Positions 28,400 through 40,403 of a stretch of 64,000 nt of DNA are shown piece by piece. Location of the stretch: assembly GCF_009914755.1 (NCBI RefSeq), contig NC_060944.1, one strand, 5' to 3'. A program made the position numbers and the translations under genes. The stretch comes from the human T2T-CHM13v2.0 reference genome, Homo sapiens. The notes under the pieces were generated by a model. The model had not been told where the DNA came from. It was given only the letters and a program-made list of their open reading frames with translations, and did no database searches. The stretch's first letter is position 1; each line of letters opens with the position of its first letter.

Positions 28400-31300
28400 A
28401 ATTTTTTAAAAAATTTTAGATTCAAGGGGTACATGTACAGGTTTATTATGTGGATATACTGCATGATGCTGAGGTTTGGGTTTCAATTGAAACTTTCACC
28501 CAGGTAGTGAGCATAGTACCCAATTGGTAGTTTTTCAACTCTTTCTCACCTCCATCTGTCCCCCTTTTGGAGTACCCAAAAGGACTGTCTATTTGGAGTG
28601 TCTATTTTTCCCATCCTTATGTCCACGTGCACCCAATGTTTAGCTCCCACTTATAAGTCAGAACATGTAGTGTTTGGTTTTCTATTTCTACATTAATTCA
28701 CTTAGGATAATGGCCTCCAGTTTCATCCATGTTGCTGCAAAAGACAGGATTTTGTTGTTTTTTTATGGCTGCATAGTATTCCATGCTGTATATGTACTAC
28801 ATTTTCTTTATTCAGTCCACTATTGATGTGCACCTAGATTGATTCCATGTCTTTGCTATTATATGGTGCTACAATAAACATGGAAGTGTAGACATCTTTT
28901 CGATAGAATGATTTATTATCCTTCGGGTATATACTGAGTAATGGAATTGCTGGATAGAATACTAATTCTATTTATAGTTCTTTGAGAAATCTCCAAACTG
29001 CTTTCCATAGTGGCTAAACTAATTTACAATCCCACCAACAATATGTAGGCATTTCCTTTTCTCTGCAACCTTGCTAATGTCTGTGACTTTCTTTTTTTCT
29101 TTTTTTCTTTTTTAAGATGGAGTCTCACTCTGTCAGCCAGCTGGAGTGCAGTGGCGTGATCTCAGCTCACTGCAACCTCTGCCTTCTGGTTCAAGCGATT
29201 CTCCTGCCTCAGCCTCCTGAGTAGCTGGAACTATTGGTGCCTGCAACCACACCCAGCTAATTTTTGTATTTTCAATAGAGATGGGGTTTTACCATGTTGG
29301 CCAGGATGGTCTCAATCTCCTGACATCATGATCCACCCACCTCGGCCTCTGAAAGTGTTGGGATTACAGGCGTGAGGCAGCAGGCCTGGCCTTGACATTT
29401 TAATAATAGTCATTCTGACTAGTGTGAGATGGTATCTCATTGTGATTTTGATTTGCATTTCTCTGATGTTTAGTGATACCGAACACTTTTTTTTATGTTT
29501 GTTGGCCACTTGTATGTGTTTTTTTGAGAAGTGTATATTTATGTCCTTTGCATACTTTTTAATGGGGCTGCTTGTTTTTTTTCTTGTTGAATTGTTTGAG
29601 CTTCTTATAAATTCAGGATATTTGTACCTTGTTGGATGCATAGTTTGCAAATATTTTCTCCCATTCCGTAGGTTGTCTGTTTGCTCTGTTGATAGTTTCT
29701 TTTGCTGTGCAGTAGGTCTTTAGTTTAATTAGTTACCAATTTTCACTTTTTGTTTTTGTTGCAATTGCTTTTGAAGACTTAATTCTTAATTCTTTGTCAA
29801 GGCCAATGTCCAGAAGAGTATTTCCTAGGTTTTTGCTTATGGTAAGAGATAGAGGTTCAGTTTCACTCTTCTGCATATAGCTAGCCAGTTTTCCTAGCAC
29901 CATTTATTCAATAAGGTATCCTTTTCCCACAGTTTCTTTTTGTCAACTCTGTCAAAGATTAGTTGGTTGTAGGTATATAGCTTTATATTTGGGTTCTATT
30001 TTTCTACCAGTACCAAGCTGTTTTGGTTACTGTGGCTTTGTAGTACAGTTTGAAGTCAGGTAATGTAATCTAGCTTCTGTTTTTGTTCTTTTTCTTAGGA
30101 TTGCTTTGGCTATTTGGGCTCTTTTTTGGTTCCATATGAATTTTAGAATAGTTTTTTCTAAACTTATGATTTTAATTTTAGAAAAATTAAATTTATAAAT
30201 TAATTTTCTAAAATTAATTATGTGAAAAATGATGTTGATAATTTGATAGGAATTGCACTAAATCTGCAGATCATGTTGGGTAGCATGGACATTTTGATGA
30301 TATTTCTTCTTCCAATTTATGAGCATGGAATGTTTTTCCATTTGTTTGTAATTTCTTTCAGCAGTGTTTTATAGTTCTCTTTGCAGAGATCTTTCACATG
30401 CTAGGTTAGGTGTATTCTTAGGTATTTTATTTTATTTTGTGGCTATTGTAAATGGGATTGTATTCTTGATTTAGTTCTCAGCTTGAACATTATTGGTGTA
30501 TAGAAATGCTACTAATTTTTGTACCTTGATTGTATACCCTGATACTTTACTGAAGTTGTTTGTCAGCTCTAGGAGTTATTTGGTGAAATGTTTCAGGTTT
30601 TCTAGATATAGAATCACATTGTCGGTCAAGAGAGAAAATCTGACTTCTTTTTTCCTATTTGACAAACTTTTATTTTTTTCTCTTGTCTGATTGCTCTGGC
30701 TGAAGCTCCCAGTACTATGTCGAATAGGAGTGATGAAAGTGAACATCTTTGTCTTGTTCCAGTTATTAGGGGAATGTTTCCATCTTTTGCTCATTCAGTA
30801 TAATGTTGACTGTGGATTTGTCATAGATGGCTCTTGTTATTTTGAATTGTGTTCCTTTGATGCCCAGTTTGTTAAGCGTTTTTAACATGTGGGGATTTGG
30901 GACTTTATTGAATGCTTTTTCTATGTCTATTGAGATGACCATATATTTTTTGCTTTTAATTCTGTTTATGTGGTTAATCAATTTATTGATTTGCATATGT
31001 TGAACCATCCTTGTATCTCATTAATAAAGCCCAATTGATAGTGATGGATTATCTTTTTGAAGTACTACTGGATTTGGTTTGCTAGCATTTTGTTGAGGAT
31101 TTTTGCATCTATGTTAATTGGGGATATTGGCTTATAGTTTTATTTTGTTGTTGTATTTGCTAGATTTTGATATCAGGATGATACTGGTTTTATAGAACGA
31201 GTCAAGAAGGAATCTCTTCTCTATTTTTCAGAATAGTTTCAGCAGGATTGGTACCATCTCTTCTTTGTACATCTGATAGAATTAAGCTGTGAATCCATCT

Positions 31301-32126
31301 GTTGAAGGTCTTTTTTGGTTGGTAAGTTTTTATATTGCTGATTCAATTTCATAGTTTATTATTGGTATGTTCAGGATTTCAATTTCCTTCTGGTTCAATC
31401 TTGGGAGGTTGTGTGTTTCCAGGAATTTGTCCATTTTATCTAAATTTTCCAGTTTGTGTGCATAGAGATGGTTGCAGGATCTTTTGTCACTGAGGATCTT
31501 TTGTATTTCTGTGGGATTGGTTGTAATGTCACCTTTGTCATTTCTGATTGGCTTATTTAGATCTCTCTTTTTTCTTTGTCAATCTAGCTAGTGGTCTATC
31601 AATCTTGTTTCTCTTTCAAAAAACAATTTTTCATTTTGTTGATCCTTTGTATGTTTTGGGGGGGCCTCAATTTTGTTTAGTTCTGCTGTTATTTTAGTAA
31701 TTTCTTTTCTTCTGCTAAGTTTGGATTCAGTTCTTGTTTTTTTTTTTTTTTTTTAGTTCCTTTAGGTGTAACATTAGGTTGTTAATTTGAGATCTTTATA
31801 TCTTCTTGATATACGTGTTTATCGCTATATGCTATAAACTTTTCTCCTAACACTGTTTTTGCTGCATCTCAGAGGTTTTGATACATTTTGCCTCTATTTA
31901 AATTTGTTTCAAATACTTTTCTGTCTTATATTTTTGTTTACCCAAAAGTCATTCAGAAGCAATTTGTTTAGTTTCCATGTACTTGTATAGTTTGGAGAGT
32001 TCCTCTTGATATTGATTTCTAATTCTGTTCAACTGCAGTCTGAGCTGGTATAATTACATTTTTTTTTAATTTGTAGAGACTTGCTTTAGGACCAAGCATA
32101 TAGTCAATCTTAGAGTATGTTCTGTG
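28400..32126 (-). mobile_element. 5'-truncated L1PA15/16-type element
   Basis: 3'UTR TTTTAGATTCAAGGGGTACATG...GATGCTGAGGTTTGG...TTTAGCTCCCACTTATAAG. ORF2 remnants in ORFs 29312-29650 and 30766-31008 ([24 protein letters not shown]). Confidence 0.88.
29088..29391 (-). mobile_element. AluS (Sc/Sg-like) inside the L1PA16
   Basis: Antisense Alu dimer with GGATGGTCTCAATCTCCTGAC. Confidence 0.9.
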
Positions 32127-32762
32127 TCTGAGCACTGTTTAAGTTACATCTCATACATTTTGATTTGTTGCATTTGTTTGTATTTTCATCTCAACATATT
32201 TTTTAAATTTTTTTTCTGATTTCTTCTTTGGCCCATTTATTTATCAGTGTTTAATTTTCATGGATTTGTGAATTTCCCTCATTTTCCTTCTGATATTGAT
32301 TCCTAGTGTCAGTCTATTCTGGTTGGAGAATGTGTTTAGCATTATTTCAATCTTTTTCTTTTTGTGTGTGTGTGTCTTTTGTTTTTCTGGAGGATGTCTA
32401 ATATATGGTCTGGCCTGTGGAATGTTTCATGTACACTTTTGAAGAATATATTTTTTCTGCCATTCTTGGGTAGACTCTTCTATAGATGTCTACTAGGTAG
32501 AGTTTGTTTATAGTGTCGTTAAAGTATTAAAGTAATTTATTTCCTTGTTGATCTTCATCCTAGTTGTTCTATCCATTATTGAAAGTAGGCTATAAGGGTC
32601 TCCAACTATTATTTTTGACCATTTCTCTATTCAATCCCATGAGCTTTTGCTTCATGTATTTTGAAACTCTCTTGTTAGGCACATATATGTTTGGAATAAT
32701 TATATTTTCTTGATGGATCGACACTTTTATCATTATAAAATGTCCTTTGTCTTTAGTAATAA

Positions 32763-33072
<310 letters not shown>

Positions 33073-33842
33073 CTTTAGTAATAACTCTTAAAGTCTGTTT
33101 GATTGATGTTTTTTAAGCCACTCAGGTCTCTCTTGGTTACTGTTTGCATGGTTCATTGTTTCCCATCTTTTCACTCTCTGCTTATTTATGTCTTTTAACC
33201 TAAAGTGTGGCCCTTGTAGATAGTATATACTGGAATCTTACATTTTTGTTTATCCATTCTGCAAATCTCTGCATTTGGCTTGAAGTTTTAAATCAATTCC
33301 CATATAATGTAAGTATTGATAAGGTAGGATTTACAGTTGCCATTTGTTATTTGTCTTCTATATGTTTTATGTCATTTTTGGTCCTCTATTTTTCCATTGT
33401 TAGTTTATTTTGTGTTAAGTAGAAATTTTCATAGCATATCATTTTAATTCTATTGTCATTTATTTTACTAGTTTTTAAAGTTACTTTAAACTGGGGATCA
33501 CAAAGAACATCTTACCACTGTATTTCCAACCTTAATTATAAGAGTGTACACAAATTTTACTCTGACATAACTCCATTTCCTTTCCCTCTTCTATGCTGTT
33601 ATTGTCATCAAGATTACATCTTTATACATAGTATACCCATCAGCACAGATTTGTAATTATAGCTTCACGCAATAGTCTTTAAAATTAGATAGTATAAAAA
33701 GTTGCAAATAAAAATATAATTACATTAATTTATATTTATCCATGTAGTTACCTTTACCAGTGTTATTTATTTCTTCATGTAGATTTGAGTTGCTCTCTAG
33801 TGTCCAGTCATTTCAGGCCGAAGGACTCCCTTCAGTATATCT

Positions 33843-34390
33843 TTATTTAAAAAATGGATTTTATTGTGTATATTTGAGGTTTACAACATGATGTATGGGT
33901 TACATATAAATAGTAAAAAGCTTACTATAGTGAAGCAAATTAACATATATATCAACTCATGTAGTTACTTTTTATTGTAACAAGAGCGGCTAAAAATCTA
34001 CTTATTTAACAAAAATCCCAAATACAATGCAATTTTATTAATGATAGTTCTCATGTTGGACATGAAATCTGACTTGTTTATCCCACATATCTGCTACTTT
34101 GTATCCTTCGACCTATATCTTCTCATTTCCTCCCCTCTTTGACCAGTAAATAATTGTTTTACTCCCTATCTCTGTATATTTAAATTTTTAAGAAGATTCC
34201 ACATGTAAGTGAGATCATGCGATATGTTTCTTTCTGTGTTTGGCTAATTTCACTTAGCCAAATGTCCTCCAGATTCACCTACATTGTGGCAAATAGCAGG
34301 AGCCCTCTTTTTAATGCTGAATGATATTCCTGTGTGTGTGTGTGTCTTTGTGTTGACAAGACAGGTTTGTTTATCTATTCATCTGTTGAC
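33843..34390 (-). mobile_element. L1MA9/10-type 3' end
   Basis: TTATTGTGTATATTTGAGG...TACTATAGTGAAGCAAATTAAC...GATTCCACATGTAAGTGAGATCATG. Confidence 0.8.
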
Positions 34391-35133
34391 GAGTCTGCAA
34401 GTTCTGCTTTCAAAAAATATGGAAATGTCTAATATCTTCTTTAATTTTGAAGAATAGCTTTACTGGTGCAGAATTCTTGGTTGATGGTTCTTTTCTTTCA
34501 GCACTGTGAACACGTCATTTCACTGCCTTCTAAATTTCATGGTTTCTGATGAGAAGTCAGCTGTTAACACTATTAAGCCTCCATTGTATATAAAGAATCT
34601 CTTAATTATTGCTGCTTTCAATATTCTCTCTGTATTTCAACACTTTGATTTAAATGTGTCTAGATATGGATCTCTTTATATTACTTGAAGTTTACTGGGC
34701 TTCTTGGGTGCATAATGTTTTAATCAAAGTTGGGACGTTTGGGGGCTTTATATCTTTAAATATTCTTCCCAGTTATTTCTCTGTTCTCCATTTGAGGCTC
34801 CTATGATACATATGTTGCATCACACGTATGAGGCTCTATTCATTTTTATTCATTCTCTTTTCTTTTTCTTTTTCAAACTACACAGTCTCAATTGATCTGT
34901 CTTCAAATTTGCTGATATTTTCTTCCGCCTGCTCAGATCTGCTGCTGAAAACCTCCAGTGAATTTCTTATTTCAGTTATTGCACTCATCAACTTCAGAAT
35001 TTCTATTTGTCTTATTTTTAAAAGCAGTTTCTATCTCTTTATTGAAAGTTTCTATTTTGTAAGACATTTAAAGACATGGTTTCTTTAATTCTTCAAACAT
35101 ATTTAAAATAGTTGATTTAAAATCTTTGTCTAG

Positions 35134-35268
35134 ACTACACATTGGGTACAGTGTACACTGCTCAGGTGATGGGTAACCAAAATCTCAGAAAACACCACTT
35201 AAAAACTTATTCATGTAACCAAACACTACCTGTTCCCCAAAAACCTACTGAAATAAAAAAAATAAAAG
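35134..35268 (+). mobile_element. Extremely 5'-truncated (~135 bp) L1PB-type insertion
   Basis: Homologous to 16566-16697. TSD TAAAATCTTTGTCTAG (35118-35133) / TAAAGTATTTGTCTAG (35269-35284). Confidence 0.88.
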
Positions 35269-35486
35269 TAAAGTATTTGTCTAGTGTGTCCAATATCTGG
35301 GCTTCCTCAGACACTGTATGTTAACTTCTGGTAGTTGTTGTTATGGGTTATACTTTCTTGTTTCTTTACATGTCTAAAAATTTTTAATTGACAACTGAAC
35401 ATCTCCAGTAACATAACATGACAAGTCTGAAAATCATATTCTTCCTCTTCCTTAGGGTTTGCTGTTGTTGCTATTAATACAACCTG

Positions 35487-35613
35487 GGCCAGGCATGGTG
35501 GCTCATGCCTATAATCCCAGCACTTTGGGAGGCTGATGCAGGAGTATTGCTTGAGGCCAGGAGTTCAAGATCAGCCTAGCAAGATCCTGTCTCTACAAAG
35601 AATGAAAAAAGAA
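35487..35613 (+). mobile_element. FLAM-C Alu monomer
   Basis: Left-monomer sequence plus A tail. TSD AATACAACCTG at 35476-35486 and 35614-35624. Confidence 0.88.
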
Positions 35614-35729
35614 AATACAACCTGTAGAGGGGCCCTTCTGTTTTCCTCTCCCCATTCCTCGTTGTTCATTGTTTGAGCACAGCTCTCTTTTCTAGTTGTC
35701 ATTCAATGCTTCAGAAAAATGGCAAATAA

Positions 35730-36290
35730 CTATTTACATGACAGTTGAATACCGCAGTAATCATTGTTGCAGATAAGATTCATCAATGGATGTTAAAATT
35801 AGCGGGTGAAATTTTGAAGAGAAACAAAATTTGCATAGCTTCAAAGTACCTTTCCCAAAATATTAACTCCATGTTATCAAGGTTAGCACGAATAATAAGA
35901 CATATTGACATCAGAAATCCCATGGTATGAGGCAATGAGAAGGACATGGCATAATTCCATTACCATGATGCATAACCTCATCCAGATAATGAGAACATAT
36001 TAGACAAAACTAAATTGAGGGGCATTTGTGAAATAAATCATTCGTACTCAAAAGTGTCAAAGTCATGAAAGTAAGGAAAGACTGGGGAAAAATTTATGAA
36101 ACTTGAATAAGTTCTGTAGTTTATTTAGTACTATTGTTGCTACGTTAATTTGTAGCTCTCGTTATTTTACCATCCATACACAAAGTGATAACATTAGGAT
36201 GAGATCCATGAAGGGCCTCTTGGGATTCTCTGTACTATTTTTATGACTTCTGTAAGGCCAAAATTAGCTCAAAATAAAAAGTTAAACAAA
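35730..36290 (+). mobile_element. L1MC3/4-type 3'UTR fragment
   Basis: CATCAATGGATGTTAAAATTAG...GACAAAACTAAATTGAGGG...TCTCTGTACTATTT...CAAAATAAAAAGTTAAA. Confidence 0.7.
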
Positions 36291-36301
36291 AATGGTTGTA
36301 C

Positions 36302-36552
36302 CCAAGGCGGGAGGACCACTTCAGGTCGGGAGTTCTAGATCAGCCTGGCCAACATAGTGAAACTGCATCTCTACTAAAAATACAAAAATTAGCCAGACGT
36401 GGTGGCACATGCCCTTAGTCTCAGCTACTTGGGAGACTGAGGCAGGGGAATGGCTTGAATCTAGGAGGCGGAGGTTGCAGTGAGCCAAGATTGTGCCACT
36501 TCACTCCAACCTGGGCAACAGAGCAAGGCTCTGTCTCAAAAAAAAAAAAAAA
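36302..36552 (+). mobile_element. AluS, 5'-truncated
   Basis: Alu dimer lacking the first ~45 nt, with a poly-A tail. Confidence 0.9.
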
Positions 36553-37187
36553 GTTATATCTACTTTTTAGCATCTCAAAGGAATAATTTTTATTCGTTTA
36601 ATAATTTTTGTCATCTTACTCAAAAACTTGATATTTTTGGACATGGTATTTTAATGAGAACATGACTAATGCCGACTATGGGTAGGAACACTTTGAAAAA
36701 ATAAAAATGATTTCACCAAGATATGCTCAAATTCTCATGATACTTATTCATCAGAGTTTAAGTTATACCCTGTTTTGTGTTTAAAATGCATTATGCACTG
36801 GTGTTGTTGAACTAACATAGTTTACAATGATGTGGGATTTAACGTCGAAATTTTTCTTTTCAATATTATATGGAATAGGGTGTGTTGCTATTCTCAGCTA
36901 AATGTTTGATGCTGTAGCTGGAATTCTTATTCCTTGGAGACTTTAGAAGCTATTGCTTGTAGACTACTTTAAATGCTTAAACGTTGGGAATTTGGTTCTT
37001 GTGGTTTTCCATATTTAAGAGGTGTTTAAAAGCAAATGAAACGTGGAAAGTTGAAAAAATGAAAAGGTATGTGTAATCGTGAGTGCTGTAACATATAGTT
37101 AGCTATGAATACGGGTAGTTATGAATTCCTAGTCATCTCATCTATGAGGAAATATCAACCAAATCTATGCTTTTCAATCTGTGCATT

Positions 37188-37307
37188 TTGTTAAAATGCA
37201 AGTTCTAATGCAGTGGTCCCAGGAGTCTACCTTTCTAACTAACTCCCAGGTCATGCCACCAACTCCTAGTGCCTGCTGGTCCAGGGACAACATTTGGAGT
37301 ACCAAGA
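37188..37307. mobile_element. MER5-type hAT-Charlie fragment
   Basis: TTGTTAAAATGCA...CTCCCAGGTCATGCC...GCTGGTCCAGGGACAACATTTGGAG. Confidence 0.6.
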
Positions 37308-37628
37308 ACTTAAATGATTGGAAAGAAAATGCTATGCATGAGTCCTGTCTATTTCTGGCATAAACTTTCAAAGAAAGGGACTTAATTTTTAAAAAGTGAA
37401 ATATTTAAGTACCTAAAGGAACTCTTTGAGAAACTCTTGCCAGTGAAACAAACTCGGGAGACAGGAAGAGCTGCATGCGACACACCAGTCATCTTAATGT
37501 CACATGTCACCTGACTGGAAATGTGGAAAGAAATGAGGCTGTGAAGTCAAAGATTAAGCTGAACCAGTCAAGGGCAGGTAGGAAACACATCTCAGGCACA
37601 CAGAAATCCCCCAGCAGGAGAATTACCG

Positions 37629-37647
37629 CTGCCACCAGGGGGCGCAC
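37629..37647 (+). promoter_or_regulatory. CTCF binding motif
   Basis: CTGCCACCAGGGGGCGCAC contains the exact core CCACCAGGGGGCGC. It lies in apparently unique sequence with locally retained CpGs. Confidence 0.8.
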
Positions 37648-40013
37648 CGCCACAGCGATCCTAGGAAGAGCATCTGGACCCAATCATTCTGCAGTTCTGG
37701 GGCTGGAAACCTGGGCGATGAACTGAGATGAGGAGATGGACACAGCACTGTATAACGTGAGACCATCCCATTAGCCTCAGGTCTCTCTGAGGATGACGAC
37801 TTGGTGATGGGTCATGTGTTTACCACTCAAGTTTTTGCACTGGACAGCTGAGCTGGGCTTGAAGTGGATTCCGCAGTCAGATTTGAGGCCCTGGGCAAGA
37901 GGGGTTTGCTGTGATTATCCCCATCAGAATAACACAGGGCTGTCTAAAGTACAAAGAGCCAACTGACTTTGGCATCTCTCTCATCTGAATGTTTTGTATT
38001 TTCAAAATGCTTCATTGCCGCAAAGCACCCTTCTGTGGAAAGGTTGGCATCATCTTTTACCATTGAGGAAACTGAGGCACAGGGGAGGAATGGACTATAC
38101 TTTAGATCTGTGGCCAAATCAGAATCAGAATTCCAGCTTCTTGCTCCAGCCGTAGCAGACCACCTGGCTGGGCTGCCTTTCCCCTGTCATCTCAGGGCTC
38201 CTCCGAATGAGCCTCGGGCACAGAGCTGCCAGCCATGGCAGGGAGGAGCAGCTCCTTGGAAGCCAGGCCTGGAGGCCCAGCCTAGCCTCATGCTCAACCC
38301 TGCCAAAGTCAAACCATTTCAATTCCTTTCATTTAAGTCAACTTGCCTTAACTGCTTACACATGAGCAGATTCTTTTAATTTTTCTTTATTTTTTTAATT
38401 AATAAAATTGGACATACTGATGGAAGAAAAATAATTTTAAAGCTATGGAAGAGTATAAAATAAAAAGTGAAAGTCCCTCTACATTCTCTGATCCCCAACC
38501 CCAAATCCTGTAATCCCACATCCCAAAGTAATCAGAGATAGAGAGAGAGAGATGATTTTGCTTAACTTTACAAAAATGGGATTATACAATTCATAGTGTA
38601 GCTTCTTTTTTTTTCCACTTAAGATGTACTGCATATCATGGTCTACCAGGATGAAGTTTTGAAATTTCAAAATGCTAAAACATTTTTTAGATCTATTGTC
38701 TTGATTTAAAATATAGGATACCTAAGCCTAATATTTGTATATTAACAAAAATAAGCCCTCAGGGCTCTCCCCAGGCTCCTCTGCCACACTCAGCACCTTG
38801 TCTGCCCAAGTTTACGAGGGCAAAATTAAATTAGTGGCATGTATGTGTTTTCTTTCTGAATGATCCTGACAGAATGAACAAATTCCTCAAATTGTGAATA
38901 CTTAATGTTTGTCCTCTGTGGATTTAAAATTTTAATCTCTTTATTATTTATGTGGTTCTGAATTATTTCTTACAGGAGTCTTTAAGAAACATAGTACTCA
39001 AGTGAAAAATGAAATACATATAGACATAGCTACAGGTTGTGTTTTCATACTCTGTCTTTATTTCTTCCAAACACCCCAAACAAGTCAATTTAAAATATCA
39101 ACAAATAGGTGCTGGGCGGTATATTTTTTGCTTTTTAGACTTGCCCTCCAGGATTTACCAAAAAATACATGCCAAGCTGTCCCTTTCTCTGAAACAGCAG
39201 GTCTCAAATCTTAATATGAAAGGATACCTGGGACCTTGTAAATAGGGCAGATTGTTGGGCTTCCTGAGTCCCACATCCTCAGGATAGGTTGGGAATGCAC
39301 CTTACTAACAAGCTCCCACATACTTTTTCTGCCCAGCAGAAAGGAATTTGATTGACAGGATCCTCCATGAGTTTGTCATGGCCTGGGTGTGACTCTTTCC
39401 TGATGGAACCTATTCTACTTTCCTCTCATTTAGAGAAAAAGGAAATGGGTTGTACTGACTTTTGCCATTAAAAGCTGCCTCAAGGTCTAACGCACATTGC
39501 AGGAATTTTTCTGTGCTTGTCTTTGACAGCTTGGCCCCCTGAAGTTTCCCAGTGGACCTGTTGTCCTGCAGTTTCCCTTGGGCTCCTCCTTATGTAGTGT
39601 AGCTGGTTTGAGAAGCAGCTGATGACTGTTTCAATTTCAACTGAAGTTCCTTACAAAACTAGCCAATCTGGGAGGTCATTTGTCTCTGATCCAGATGTAG
39701 TGGTTTGATTATTCTTGGCTTATACTAAAGTTGGAAGGGAACTGAAGCATCAGGTGAAAACCACCTACACCTTCACAGTGTGAAAAAGAACAAATCACAG
39801 CTATGCACACCACAATGGACAGACATCACAAAAACGAAGATGGGCAAAAGGAGCCTCCCTTTATCTGAGGTTCAAGGACAGGCAACAATGATCTAGGGTA
39901 CAGGGTTGGGAAGAGGCACTATCTCTGGGGAATTATTGCCTGGTGAGGGGCTGGCACAGGGAGACTTTCAGGGAGAGCAGGAAATGTTCCATGTCTTGGT
40001 CTGGAACCTGTGA

Positions 40014-40403
<390 letters not shown>

